Counted from the first letter of the stretch, positions 28,791 through 44,915 are shown. The stretch: 64,000 bases of DNA from Eledone cirrhosa (GCA_964016885.1 OZ024741.1:313100001-313164000); one strand, 5' to 3'. Translations and numbers: made by a program. Notes: a model not told the origin generated them from the letters alone.

Positions 28791-30900
28791 GCGTGTGTGT
28801 TATTATACGTCCGTACGAAACTAAGAAGAAATGTGTGTGTATATGTGAGTAACAGATTGTGTGTACATGAAAGAACGAAGCTATGAGTAAAATTATTTTA
28901 ATATAAGGGTGTGTATGTGTGTATACAGAGCTGTGAAGGGAAACGTGGAGTGAGCACATGTAGTCGGCATGTATTAGTTTTAAGAGAATATGTGAATGAT
29001 CAAGAGAAAGCGATAGGAATATAGGTGTGTGATAATGGACGGGGTATTAGACAAATTGGGGAGGTGAGTTGGGTCCAAGAGGGGAATAGGACCCGAGGTG
29101 GTAAATCAAATTTTGTTCAGTCCTGGTGCGTGAGGGCTGTGATCCATGATGTAAAAGGACACCCAGGACTGAAACATGTAGGGAAGAATGACCAGGAGAA
29201 CAGAAATGACGGGCGACAGGTGTAACTAAACCGAGTATTTTTTCCGATATATAAAGACCCGCAAAGGGAACACCGGAGAGCATAGACAACTTGGATGGAT
29301 GTGCAGGTAAAAGAGTGGCGGATACGGAAAGACCCGTTAGGGCCAGTAAGAGTGGTGAGTGTGGAAACGAAGAGACAAGTCTTGCAGCGGGATCGGGTAC
29401 AAGGAAGAGAGCCGGGTGGAGTCGTGGGATAGGACGAGAAGGAACTGCGAACCAGGAGGTCGCGGAGGTTGCGGGCGCGCTTAAAAGCAGTAATGGTTGG
29501 GTTTGGAAAAAAGCGAGAAATGACGGTGTCAGAAGAGAGGATATGGAAGGAACGGAGGATATGTCACCGGAGTGGTCGAGTGATGGGCTAATATTTGAGA
29601 GGGATAGGACCACATGAGTTGGGAGGGAGGAGTGAGGTGACAGGGCTGTGGTTCGCTCTGTTTCACGGGCGCGGGTGAGAACTGCTTGCATCAGGGTGGG
29701 TGGATATCCACACTGGATGAAGCAGGAAGCCATGAAAAGGGACTGGATTTCGATATCGTCGTCCTCGCTACAGAGCCGACGAAGACGGATGAATTGGTAA
29801 TAGGGTATGGAGTGTTTGGTGTGGGTTGGATGGGAGGAGGTGAAGTCGAGATAAGATTGGGAGTCTGTTGGTTTAATGAAGATGAAAGTAGAGAGGGTGT
29901 GGTGAGAGTGATTGATAGAGAGATATCTAATTGATAGAGAGATATCTAAAAATGCGACAGAAGAATCGGAGACGGAGGCGGTGAAATTGAGAGCAGGATA
30001 GAAAGATAGGACAAAAGAAAGAAAACAGCCGAGCTGTTCTCGTGATAGAGAGGTGGCGCCGATACAGTCGTCGATATAACAACCGTATAGCTCAGGAGTT
30101 CAGGAGTCGGTCCAGCGTACTGCAAGAAGATGTGGGCTTCGACGTAGCCAACAAACAAGTTGGCATAGTTTGGACCCATTCTGGTTCCCATCGCTACCTC
30201 AGAGATCTGCTGATAAAATTCACCTGAAAAAAAATCCATTGAGGGTGAGAACAAGCTCAGCCAGACGGAGAAGAGTGGTAGTGCTAGGATAATGGGTGGG
30301 GTGTAAATCTAAAAAAATGTTGGAGAGCGTAGAGGCCGTCATCGTGAGGGATGACGGTATAGAGAGAGGCGATGTCCAGGTTAAAGAGAAGGCGGGGTGA
30401 CCAGTGGGGGGGGGAGAAAGAGTTGAAGTGTCTAAGGGCATGATTTGTATCGTGGATGTGGGAGAGGAGATTCCCGACCAACGGGGCGAGGATGGTTTCT
30501 AAATATTCAGAAATTATCTCGGTTGACAGTTGCACGTAGGTACGATAGGACGGCCGGGATTATTTTGTTTGTATATTTTGGAGAGGAAGTAGATGGTGGG
30601 TGTGCGAGTGGTGCGTAGAATAAGGTTGGTGCCTGTCGAGGGTAGGAGATAGGAGGCGATGAGATCGTGGATGGTGGAGGACACGAGTTGTTGGTAGCCA
30701 GCACTGTGGTCGGAGGATAAAGGGCTGTAAAAAAGGGTATTGTGAAGCTGGTGATGCGAGCCTCAACCCTATAGAGGTCAGCGCTCCAAACCACCATTGT
30801 CAGCGAGTTTGATGACAATGTCATAGCGACGCCGAAGGTTGCGAAGAGCGGAGAGATGAGTCCGCGTGATGTTCGAGCGACGAGAATGCTGGTAGAAACG
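28340..30900 (-). mobile_element. Penelope-like element remnant (RT + GIY-YIG + pLTR)
   Basis: EFYQQISEVAMGTRMGPNYANLFVGYVE, LDIASLYTVIP, YIDD; HHR-like core near 28440. Confidence 0.85.
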
Positions 30901-31502
30901 GAACCAATTCCCAGTACGCCGGCAAGTATCGACAAAGGAGACGACCGTATTTGCCGGTGTAACAGTTGATCCCCTGCATAGGTCGACCCATCAAATTCTG
31001 AGGTGTAATTCAGGTTTAGGCCTATATACGCCGGATGAGATGACACCCCTAATATAAGGCATTACCATCTTCCCAACCGTAGATATGCTTGCCTGTATAT
31101 GCCTTATATGTCAGTGTAAAAGTTTAAATATGCTTGCCGTTGTTTATTTGCATAGAATAAAAACAGGGAAATAAACACTAAATAGTTGTAAAATAAAAAT
31201 GCATGTGAAGAAAATACAATTTGTAAAATTTATTTTATAGTTAACAAAATGATTTAAGTGAACTGTTTTATTAGTAAACAACGTGCTACCGCACTTTGTC
31301 TTGATACGCGACAATTTTAAAAACCTAAATATTCCTTATCCAATGTGTATCAGCATCACATTGTGATATATTTTTACTTCGGGATTGTAGTTTTTCTGAT
31401 AATTTAGATAATTCATTGAATCAGTATATCATCCTAAAATCATCCTAAAATGTACTATAATATTAATGATAAGCAAATAAACAATTTTATTATTATTCTC
31501 AA

Positions 31503-31698
31503 TGGTGGTGGATTGGCAGTATAGGTAGAGCGTCGGATGCCATGCTTTGCAGCAAAGAGTTACGGCCCTTTATGATCTGAGTTCAAATTCCGCCGAGGTT
31601 AACTTTGACTTTCATCCTTACGGGGTCGATAAAATAAAGTACCAGTAGTACACTGGAATAATTGCTGGCCCTGTGTTAACAGTAGAAACAATTATTAT
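31503..31698 (+). mobile_element. SINE, same family
   Basis: A-box-like tggcagtataggtagag, gagttcaaattcc, same core and attattatt tail. Confidence 0.8.
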
Positions 31699-32109
31699 TC
31701 TCAATTTCTAATTTAAGGTTATATTTATTGAAAAATTCTATGATAATTTTCTTTTTCCTATTAAGTTCGCTATTGCTATGGTTATCACCTATAAGTAACA
31801 TATCGTCGCGAGCTAAAATATTATTTGGTACTCTCCTCCAATCTCATTAGCAATTAAAACATCCTTAGCAAACCTATTTTTCAAAGCATTAGATAAGTGT
31901 TTTCCTAAATCCCATAGTTACCACTCTATTTTTAACAGGTATACTATCAATCTATCTTACTCTACTCCTATAAACATAGCACAAAATATTAATCGAATTA
32001 ATAATAGAAACTTAAAATTAAACCCATCCAAAAGAAACCATAATAGCAATAATAATATTATTAATAACAATACTGTGGTGGATAAGAATACGGCGGTTAA
32101 TAACAATAC

Positions 32110-32303
32110 GGCGGTGCATTGGCAGTATCAGTAGAGGGTCGGACGCCATGCTTTCCAACATAGTTACGTCCCTTTACGCTCTGAGTTCAAATCCCGCCGA
32201 GGTTGACTTTGCCTTTCATCCTTACGGGGTCGATAAAATAAAGTACCAGTAATGCACTGGGTAATTGCTGGCCTTGTGCCTAAAGTAGAGACAATTATTA
32301 ATA
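32110..32303 (+). mobile_element. SINE, same family, nested in a PLE remnant
   Basis: Same head, core and tail as 31503-31698. Confidence 0.8.
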
Positions 32304-33789
32304 ACAATACTAATAATAATCGTACCGTTCCTATAGACAACAACACTAGAAAATGTAACTGTAGATACAAATTAAGTTACCCTTTACAGAATAATTGTCT
32401 AGATAATAACTTAGTATACGAATGCACAGTAAAAACTAGTGATAAATGATTTAACTATATAAGAGCCACTTCTACAAAATTTAAGGAAAGCTGGTTTAAT
32501 CACAAACACACATTTAATAGGTCAGACCAAAAATTATCAACATCACTTTCACATCTAATTTGGTATTAAAAGACAATAATATTGACTATTCAATCTCTTA
32601 GCGAATGACTTCGAAAGCGCCCGCATACCGAAATATGGCTCTCTCAAGAATTTTTCATTTGTGTATTGAAGAAATATTCCACATAATTACCAATCAATAA
32701 TACGCTATGAACAAAACGATTGAATTATTTAACTCTCGCAGGCATCGTCAGTCTAAGAAGTATCTATAATCTATAAAAAATATAATTTATAGTCTCTATA
32801 TCTCACCAGTTTACATTTTATATACCTTCGCCGTGCTTTGTTGGTTTTAGTTTCTTTGTGATGTTTTTGTTTGGTGATGTTTTTAAGTGATATTTTTGAA
32901 TGTATATTTTGTGATGCTTTTGATGATACTTTCGAATATACTTTTAATATCTCTTGAATTGTTGTCCGTATATACTCTATAGGCATTGTAATACATATAA
33001 ATACTTAATATCATTAAACTTATGCATAAATATAAGCAATATTATCAAAATACATACAAAAATGTTTATCATATGTAATATATGATAATATAAAATCATA
33101 TATAAAACAATTTTCCCGTGTATCATAATTAGAATATTATTTTGAAGTAAATTCAGGAATAAACGGTAAATATAACTTAACGCCCTAAACTAAGAAATAT
33201 TAGAGTTATCTTTTCCTTTGAAATGAAGCACGCTTACACATTTTTTCTAAGTAGCAGGTAAACTACATAAGTATGAGTATTTATTAAAATTTCGTAAATT
33301 TATTCCTATCTTGATGCAACTATTGAATATACAAAATAGTGTACATCTACTATACTAAAATAGATCTAATTCAATTTTCTTAAACCATATATTGAAAAGG
33401 TAAAAAAGAATTATCGTAACTCTTCATATATAAAGAATATTTAAATTATCTATCTAATAAGTAAACAACATATATACTCACCAACATTATTTATATATAA
33501 CTAACCTGTCGTAATATAATAAAATAAAATATACTTACAACTCTAATATACATAAAATATACTTCTAAATACTATCTTTATAATATTAAAACACACCAAT
33601 AGAATATACTAATCGTATATATGAATACAATATATCTCTCTCAATTTAAATCAATAGTATCTCACTATAACGCATTTATAATTCACACATTATATTATAA
33701 ATACTCCCAAAATATATAATTAAGTAATAAAATAAATAAAAAATAAATATAATTATGTCACTCTCTCTACACCCTCACAAAGATGCTCC

Positions 33790-35162
33790 ATACAATTATA
33801 TACATATAATACTAAGGTTCTAGTTTGTAGGAAAGAAAATAAGGCGCCGGTCCCTTCCGGCAAATGGCCATGCTCAGTGTGTAGGAAAGGCGTAGGTAGA
33901 AACTCCATTTTATGTCCCAAATGCAAAGTATGGGTGCATAAAAGATGTAGTGGGATCACAGGTAAGCTAACTAAGAACACAGATTTTACATGTGGCCGGT
34001 GCTCTGGTGCAATAAATAGCAGCAAGTGCCCACCAAATACTAGCTCTTTCAATTGCGCAGAGGGTTCTATAGAAATAGTGGACAGCTTCCGTTACCTGGG
34101 TGACAACATCAGCAGTGGGGGAGGGTGCTCTGAAAGTACAGTAGCTAGAATCAGAACTGGATGGAAAAAGTTCAGAGAGCTTATACCACTATTAGCCGCT
34201 AAAGGGTTCTCCCTAAAAATGAAAGGCAGGTTGTATGATGCCTGCATACGAACAGCAATGTTGCATGGCAGTGAGACATGCGCATTGTCTGCAGAGGATA
34301 TACGCAGACTATAGAGGAACGAAGCTTGCATGCTCCGCTGGCTGTGTAATAGTAATATACGTGAACGGCAAAGCATAAACGAACTAAGGAAAAAATTAGA
34401 AATAAGAGGGATCAGATGTTGTTTACTCGAGAGTAGGGTACGTTGGTATGGTCACGTGATGCGCATGAAAGACGACAGCTGTATAACAAATTGCAGGGCA
34501 ATAAAGATAGATGGTAGCCACGGAGTAGGCAGACCCAGAAAAACCTGGGACGAGCTGATCAATTCCGACCTCACACACTTACACCTCTCCAAGACAATGT
34601 CACTGGACCGAGGCCTTTGGCGGTACTCAGTAATATAGAAGACCCGCCTTACCTAAATACAAAGTAAAACCTACTACAGTCAGTAGGCATCTCTAACAAA
34701 ATACACCCCCGTCCCACCCTCACCCCATCCACACCGCCGCTTTCAATGTAAAGTTATGTTGGTGCCACAACATCCAGGCTGAAACAAATGAGATCGTGTA
34801 CGTGTCACGACAAAAAACACACAGTCCACGCTGTAATGCGGCCGTGTAGGCAACACGGTAAAAACCTCCCAGTCCCACACTGTAAATGTGGTTGGTGTTA
34901 GGAAGGGCATCCAGCTGTAGAAAACCCGCCAGACAGTCCACGCTGTAATGTGGCCGTGTAGGCAACACGGTAAAAACCTCCCAGCCCCACACTGTAAATG
35001 TGGTTGGTGTTAGGAAGGGCATCCAGCTGTAGAAAACCCGCCAGACGGTCCTATGCGCGCAAGACGACCACTCTTGCCTCAAGTGGTAAAACTCCCGTCC
35101 AAACCCATGCAAGCGTGGAACATGGACGTTAAACGATGATGATGATGATGATGATGATGATA
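33790..35162 (+). mobile_element. RTE-clade LINE 3' fragment with (GAT)n tail
   Basis: WPCSVCRKGVGRNSILC..CKVWVHKRC, FRYLG, LHGSET, RWYGHVMR, GRPRKTW; tail gacgttaaacgatgatgat; internal ~113-bp tandem duplication 34822-35045. Confidence 0.88.
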
Positions 35163-35616
35163 TTCATATAAATAGACTATATTAACTTTAATACATTTTT
35201 TCTAAAATTCTTTCCTTAATGTTTCTTCTATAATAACCTATATTTCCTTTTCTTTAAAAAATATAATCCTAATAATTATTTAAATTTACCTAGCGTCTAA
35301 ACATAAAGATCCTTTATAACGTTATCCTCATTATCATATTCATCCTATCATTTGAAGGGTTTCACTATTCAAACAGAACTCAAAACCTTAAGTTCTAGTT
35401 TTGAATATGTCACTATCTGTAAAACAATTGTCTGATGAGGGCGTACCAAAATGTTGGTACACTTGACATATATATAATAAAATAAGTATGGTTTTATAAA
35501 GATAGTTTCCATTTATTAATATCATTGATATTATACTCCAGAAAAAATCTGTAGTGTGCTTCTAATCTGTAATAAACTAAGTTTGTTGAATAATCAACAA
35601 ATTAAATAACTCATTG

Positions 35617-35693
<77 letters not shown>

Positions 35694-36734
35694 AGTATAT
35701 GTTGGTTGTATACCAACACCTCAGCATGCAGATTGGAGTACTCGACGAAGTGCGCAGGTTGGTTTGGTTACTCCGGTGTAATGTAAAATAAAATAAATCG
35801 GTCAAATGTTTAAAATTTGGCTTCGTTTATTACTGCTATATATATTTCGGTGACAGCCATCTTTGACTGTGACCTGTCCAGGCAGTCCGAATTAGTGTGG
35901 TAGACAGAAGTACACATGTTGTTGAGGTGTTTAACTTTGTCAATACTCTGATATGCCCAGTTCCTGGTTGGGTTGTTATTTGACTGAGGAATTCACAGCG
36001 TACGCGCAGCATCACTATGAAAACGCCTTGTTGAGTCAAACTTAGCCAAGCGTTAATATCATCCACTAACCCCCGAACAACCCCCTCCCCTGCTAATCCG
36101 ATCACTTAGGTACCAGAAGCTATCAACGACATCTTTAGACCCCACAAGCATTTGAAAAATATCTGTATCAATGCGACTTCTACTGTCAAATTTCCCTGTA
36201 AAGCTACTACATAGGTATTTCACCCTATCTGTTAGTTTGCCTGCTATCTTACTTCATCTCTTGTGTACCCAAGATCTGCATTGTGTACATCTGCATTGTG
36301 TAACTTTGTCAATACTCTGATATGCCCAGTTCCTGTTTGGGTTGTTATTTGACTGAGGAATTACAGCGTACGCGCAGCATCACTATGAAAACGCCTTGTT
36401 GAATCAAAGTTAGCCAAGCGTTGATATCACTAACCGGAATACCATAACTGGACTACACCTAAGTGGACTACATATAACTATTATTTGTTATATAACGTAT
36501 ATATATATGAAAATTAGAGTTAAAACTCAATTGGAACCCTGTAACTATTAAGCTGCAAGAATAAATATAAATATAAATACTGAGCCGATTAATAATATAT
36601 AGTAAGAAACACAGTAAACCGTGTGTCTAAAATTACAAGGGTTGAAAAACCACATTTGTTTGAAATATTTAACCAAGAAGCAGATAGAATGATAAAATAT
36701 ACAAACCGCCTCAATAACCATTATATCTCTCGGA

Positions 36735-36810
36735 CAGATTATCCCTAATTTGTTTCGCCCTGAGTGTGTTTGTAACAGATAATCCTGGGCTTCATCAGCG
36801 AGAGAATCTG
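36735..36810 (-). ncRNA. Hammerhead motif, copy 1 of a 463-bp tandem unit
   Basis: Reverse complement: cagattctctcg-CTGATGA-a-GCCC...GGGC-GAAA-caaatta-gggataatctg. Confidence 0.65.
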
Positions 36811-37197
36811 ATTAAAAGCCACAAACACTATTTGCCAACGTTCACACAGAAAGATGAATTTATCACCTCGTGCTCCGCCAGTCAAACGTGGTACGCGTGT
36901 ATTGAATAGAAATAACAGTCCAACACACACAACTTAATAAGCTCAACTTGTGAGGGAGCAGAAATATATATGAAAATTAGAGTTAAAACTCAATTGGAAC
37001 CCTGTAACTATTAAGCTCCAAGTATAAATATAAATATAAATACTGAGCCGATTAATAATATATAGTAAGAAACACAGTAAACCGTGTGTCTAAAATTACA
37101 AGGGTTGAAAAACCACATTTGTTTGAAATATTTAACCAAGAAGCAGACAGAATGATAAAATATACAAACCGCCTCAATAACCATTATATCTCTCGGA

Positions 37198-37273
37198 CAG
37201 ATTATCCCTAATCTGTTTCGCCCTGAGTGTGTTTGTAACAGATAATCCTGGGCTTCATCAGCGAGAGAATCTG
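37198..37273 (-). ncRNA. Hammerhead motif, copy 2 of the 463-bp tandem unit
   Basis: Near-identical to 36735-36810. Confidence 0.65.
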
Positions 37274-37441
37274 ATTAAATGCCACGAACACTATTTGCCA
37301 ACGTTCACACAGAAAGATGAATTTATCACCTCGTGCTCCGCCAGTCAAAAGTAGTAAGCGTGTATTGAATAGAAATAACAGTCCAACACACAATTTCAAC
37401 CCTTGTAATTTTAGACACACAGTTTATTGTGTTTCTTACTA

Positions 37442-37494
<53 letters not shown>

Positions 37495-37676
37495 AACGAG
37501 TAGGACCCCGACGGCTGAGCTCAAGCCGTTTCGACGGCTAATTCTGAATTAGCCGTCGAAACGGCTTGAACTCAGCCGTCGGGGTCCTAGTCGTTCCTAT
37601 TACCCACTCTACTACCCTAAGTATTGAGTACTTTGGTGCGTTATGGTCCACCTGGTTCCTTACCACATTTCCTTCG

Positions 37677-37760
<84 letters not shown>

Positions 37761-37762
<2 letters not shown>

Positions 37763-38936
37763 TCATCATTATCATCATCAAATTACCTCCGCATTTCTCT
37801 GCTTGCAAGAGTGGGACGTGTCCTATTCAGCACATCAGCTCCCCACTTGTCACCGTCTTTCATCATCTACACCATGAGCTTAAGCGATCCGAGGTCTGCT
37901 CTCACCACCACCGCCCATGTTTTTCGTGGTCTTCTTCTACTAAGTCCTACTTCAACTGGCATTTCTTGGCACTTCTTCACCAATCGGTCATCCTCCATGC
38001 GCATCACATGTCCATACCATCTCACACTACAATTTATCCCTCTCAAGCACAGTTTCTCTCTCAACACATCCATGCTTGGTCGGTCACGCACATTGACATT
38101 GCACATCCAACGGAACATGCTTGCCTCATTTCTCTCCAGCCGTCGCATATGCTCTGCAGTTTCTGCCTATGTCTCATTAACAAGCAGCATCACGCACCTC
38201 ACACAGGCATCATAAAACCGGCCTTTCGTACGCAGGGAGAAACCCTTCTTTGTCAGCAGAGGAACCAGCTCTCCAAACTTCTTCCATCCCTTCCTTATTC
38301 TACATACTATGGCCCCCGAACAACCCCCTCCCCTGCTAATCTGACCACCTAGGTACCAGAAGCTATCAACGACATCTATAGACCCCACATACATTTGAAA
38401 AATATCTGTATCAATGCGACTTCTACTGTCAAATTTCCCTGTAAATCTACTACATACGTATTTCTCCCTATCTGTTAGTTTGCCTGCTATCTTACTTCAT
38501 CTCTTGTGTACCCAAGATCTTCATTGTGTACATTTTATAGAATTTATGCCAGTTTCATTACTACATATCCAACATGGCCATTTCCTTGACGGAATCAGAG
38601 TTTTGTTCTCTTTTCTACTAGGCAACACTTTTGTCTTAGCTAGGTTCACTCTCAGTCCTCTTAATTCCTACTGCTGTTTCCATAGCCAGAATTTATTCTC
38701 TAGCTCCTCTACTGAGTCTGCTATAAGAACCAGATCGTCAGCATAGAGAAGTTCCCATAGACAGACAAACAGCTTAACCTCCTCTGTTATGGCTTGGCGG
38801 ACTATAATGAACAAGAGCGGGCTGAGAACCGAACCCTGATGTACTCCTACTTGTACCTGGAATTCCTCACAAAAATACATTCCTACCCTCACTTTACTGA
38901 GAGCACCTCCGTACAAAGCTTGTACTGTCCTCACAA

Positions 38937-38940
<4 letters not shown>
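37761..38940 (-). mobile_element. RTE-clade LINE fragment (related to 33790-35162)
   Basis: VGVHQGSVLSPLLF, LLYADDLV, RWYGHVMR; (CAT)n at 37761; partial copy at ~36070-36290. Confidence 0.88.
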
Positions 38941-38978
<38 letters not shown>

Positions 38979-39713
38979 TTTTATACGTCTATGTTGTTTA
39001 CTTGGCCCCCTCGCTCTACGCGATTTACTGGTCCCAATAACTTTTGTTAGTTATTGCTCGCTCCAACCTGAGGTATATGATTTTTAATGCGATGAAATAC
39101 CAATGATGTTTGAAAAATCACTGACGAAGGACTATTTTTATCATATGTAACCCATGTGCAACCACGCAGTAATCTTCTTTCTTCTCATATTTTTTTATAT
39201 AATTTGTTTACCTCGGCTACGTTTGTCTGTTTCTCTCTTACTGCTTCCCCGATCTCTTTGTTTCTCTCACCTTCTTTCGCCCCCCTTGTCAGTTACACTT
39301 TCTCTCGACTGACCGCTTCCTCGCACTTCCACTCACTCACTCTCTGTTTCTCCCCTTCTCACTTCCTCCCGTTTGGCTTACAGTGGGTCTTTTCTTGCTT
39401 ACATCTCACTCACGTCGGACGGTTTGGACCTTTCGCTCATGAAATCCACCCAGTTTATGCTGACCGGACACCATGTTGCTTGTTTTTTTCCTATCTTTGG
39501 TTTGCTTTTATCCTTCTATATTGTTTACTTGTCCCCCTCGCTTTACGCGAGTTACTGGTCCCAATAACTTTTTTTAGTTATTGCTCGCACCAACTTGAGG
39601 TATATGATTTTTAATGCGATGAAATACCAATGATGGTTAGAAAATCACTGACGAAGGACTATTTTTATCATATGTAACCCATGTGCAACGACGCAGTATT
39701 CTTCTTTCTTCTC

Positions 39714-39758
<45 letters not shown>

Positions 39759-39904
39759 GGGTTCGACTCCCATGTACGTCAATACTCATCTTTTTCCATT
39801 TCTCCGAGTTTTCTTAACCCCACTATCAGGCTAAATAATTTCTTTAATTTCTTTAGTCATAATACGGCGATAGCAAACATTTCTAATAATATATTTATAC
39901 ATTT

Positions 39905-42313
39905 TAAAGTTGAGACAGTAAACAGAAAACGAAAAAACGTGGAAGCGAAGAGGCAGTACAAATGTTTAGTTTCATGCTTGCGAGTGAGGGTGGGGGAGAC
40001 GTTTCGGGTATAAGCCCTTCATCATGAGAAAAGTGGGCAGGAAGGGAGTATTTAAAAAGGAGGGGGGCAGAAACGAAGGAAAAATATTGTTTTGGAGAGT
40101 AAAACAATAAAAAACAAAAATAAACAAGTGGTGAAATGTTGTGAGGCGTGTTGAAGTGGTTGTTGATGGAGGGGTGGGTAGCGGAGAGCTAGATTGGGAT
40201 CCGAGCGGGGAGGGCTGAAGGGGCTGTGTGTGTATGTGTGTAGGGGTATGTGTGTGTGGATATGAATGTGAGAGTTGGGGGAAAAACGAGGTTCTATTTT
40301 CGGGTAATAGGGAAACCGGTGTGTACATGGGTGGGGTGTAAGTCGATGTGTGTGTGTGCGTGTGGATGGAGAGGGGTCAGAGGGGTGGGGGAGAGGGGGC
40401 GTTTGGAGTCCGGAGGCTGAGTTTGTGTATGTGAGGATACGCACGTGTGTGTGTGTGTTTATATGTGGTATGGATGAATGGTGGCGTGTTTCGAACATAG
40501 TGTAAGTGTGTAAGCGTGTGTGTGTGTTGTTGGGGTTTTTCGATGGACTATAAGATCAGATGGAGTTTCTGAGAGTAGCATGATAGATAGCTGCAGCGAT
40601 GGACCAGTGGTGTAAAATGCTGGATATGGTAGTGAGGAAGTGGAGAGTTGTGGGGGCAGCGCGCAACAGGAAGTGGTCAGAGGGTCAAGGCAGGGCGAAG
40701 GAGGTGGGAGGTAGGAGATAGCAGTAGGGAGATGACAGCAGGCAGTAGTGTGGAGGCTGACAGGTATAGAGAGGTCAGTATGTGGTGTGGGATGTGTGTA
40801 TGTGTAGTGGGTCGTGTATCTGTTTGTACGGATTTGTTGGTGAGTGTATATGTGATGGTGTGGTGAGGGGAAAGGAGGGTTGGGGGATGATAGTAATATT
40901 AGTGGTGGGATGGTTAGCTATGGATGTGTAGGGGGGTTAGTGGTGGTAGTAGGCGTGTGAATAGTGTGAGTGCGTGTGTATGTACAGGTGGGTGGGTGGG
41001 GGTTGAGGGTGTGGGTGCTAGGGGAGGGGTGGGGATGTTAGTATTATTATTTGTATGGTTTGTCAAGGGGTGGGGTGTGTTAGTATTATTAGTTGTGGGG
41101 TGGGCCAAGAAGGTGAGGGAGGGCTGGGAGTGGAGGGGAAGTTGAAACCGGAGAGTGTGTTAGTGGTGTTAGTAGGGGAAGTCGCGGGGGTGGGGGGGGG
41201 GTTGTTGGTAAAGGAAGAGGGATGTGGAGTTCAGGCAGGGGGGTGTGTGGGTCTGTAGAATGAAGATGGTATGCGGCGGGTGGAAGGGGACTTAGGGCAT
41301 TGGATCAGGCCACAGTCTGAGGTCGTGGGCAGAATGTCCAGGAGTACCAAAGTGGTGGGTGATGGGGGAACTCCCGCCGAAACGAATATCTCGGAGGTGC
41401 TCCGTGAACCGATCCACCAGGCGACGTCCAGTCTGTCCGACGTAGATTGCGAAGTCCATAGACCAGGTTGGAGGAAGTGCAGCGGAAGGCATGCCGGACA
41501 GAGGGAGAGTGGCCGTTGGGACCCTGGAAGGTGGTTGTGTTGGTGATGTAGGCGCAGGTGTGGCAGTGAGGTCTGAAGCAGAGAAGGGAACCGGGGGGAA
41601 CGGGGGTTGGAGGGTAGGGAGCTGTGGAATAGGAGGGAGAGGAGATTACGCGCCCATCTGAAGAAAGGGAGTGTGGGGATGGGAAGATGAAGGTGGTAGA
41701 TGGTCTGACTGGAGTCTTCGGAAGAGTGCGGTGGAGGGGTGGTAGGTGAGGGGTAATATGAGACGGTGGGTGGGGGCGCGGAGGCGTGGGGTAAGGGCGG
41801 TGGAGTGGTGGACAGCACGGGCGTGAGAGAGGGCGGCGTGGACGAGGGTGAATGGGTGGGTTGGGTGGCTGTTAAACAATTCGGATGAAATGGCTGAATA
41901 GAGAAAGGCCTGAGACTCGAAGTCAGCATCTGGAGAAGTTGGGAGTAGTGAATGGAATGTTTGGTGTGTGTAGGGTGGGAGTAGGTGAAGTCGATGTAGG
42001 AGTAGGAGGAGGTTGGTTTGAAGAAGGCAGAGGTGACGAGGTAGCAGTGTGAGGGGTCGATGGCGACCGAGATGTCCATGGCTGGTGAAGATAGAGGTGG
42101 TGAAGAGGAGGGAGGAGTGGAAAGAGCAGAAGAAGGAGAGAAATGAGTCGAGCTGTTCTCAGGTGAGGCTCGTGGATCCGATGCAGTCGACGATGTAACA
42201 ACCGTACAGTTCGGGCATGGGGCCAGTGTACTGGTCAGAGATTTGGGCCTCAACTTGGCCAACGAAAAGGTTGGCATAATTTGTGTCCATACTTGTGCCT
42301 AAGGCTACCCCAG
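39905..42313 (-). mobile_element. Penelope-like element, 5'-truncated
   Basis: GVALGTSMDTNYANLFVGQVE, IYVGQTGRRLVDRFTEH (GIY-YIG); HHR-like tgatga-a-GGGcttataCCC-GAAAcgtc at 39998-40026. Confidence 0.85.
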
Positions 42314-42428
42314 TCCATGGGACGAGTTAGGTGGAAGTGGTTACACAACAGTTAGTTCACCATACCGAGAGGATCCGCTAAGGTGAAACAATTGTTCTTG
42401 GTATGGTGAACTAACTGTTGTGTAACCA

Positions 42429-42473
<45 letters not shown>

Positions 42474-42549
42474 CGAAGGAAATGTGGTAAGGAACCAGGT
42501 GGACCATAACGCACCAAAGTACTCAATACTTGAGGTAGTAGAGTGGGTA

Positions 42550-44103
<1,554 letters not shown>

Positions 44104-44915
44104 CTATATACGTATGTATATATGCATGCATATATGTATGGGTGTGTGTGTGTTTATTGAAATTACCGTAGTTTCTCCGATGGTTTAGATGTTTCAGTGA
44201 ATCAGTATTCCATTAATTTCTAACTATAATATTAATACAAATATTATATCTAATGCGAAGTATTATCGATTAATCCTAGCAGACAACTGATGATGGATAA
44301 TATCCTCTTTCGCCCGTAACTTTTTCTTTTCATTATACTCAATTGCAACTACACAGACCGCCGTTTTATTCATATAATTTTCTATATCCGCAGTAACCCG
44401 TCTTTTCTCTTTCCTTGTTGCTATCAACTCTCCCCCTTCTCCTTATTTCTCCCTCTTACATTCGCTCACCCCTCTCTACTAGTCACCTTCCCTCTGCTAG
44501 ACCGCCACTATAATTATCTCTTTATCGTTTCCTCCTACATTCACTCACTCCCTCTCTGCTTGTCGCCCTCTCTCTGTTAGCTCACTCCCTCCCTCGACCG
44601 CCACTGCAAGCAGTTCCTTTTCTCGATAACACTGCTTTTGTCAAGACATTTCTGTTCTTTCTCGTCACACTTGTCAGGACTTATGTCCGAAAAATGTTTG
44701 TTAACTTGATATTTTTCTTATTTTTACGTTGCTTTAATTTTCGTGTCTGTTTACGTTTTTTTTCTCCCTCTCCCCCATTTTGTCCCAATAAATTATTTTG
44801 TTATTGATCGCACTAGGTTTAGATATCTTGTCGCCAACGCGAAGAAATATCTATGTTTCCTAGCAGACAACTGATGATGGATAATAAACTCATTCGCCCG
44901 TAACATTTTATTTTC

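Larger units (their letters stand above)
31790..35610 (+). mobile_element. Penelope-like element 3' remnant (GIY-YIG region, AT-rich 3' part, pLTR with HHR at ~35433), interrupted by a SINE and an RTE
   Basis: ALDKCFPKSH..IFNRYT..SYS; CNCRYKLSYPLQNNCLDNNLVYEC..YI..FKE.WFNHK; 35400-35610 homologous to 9590-9795. Confidence 0.7.
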
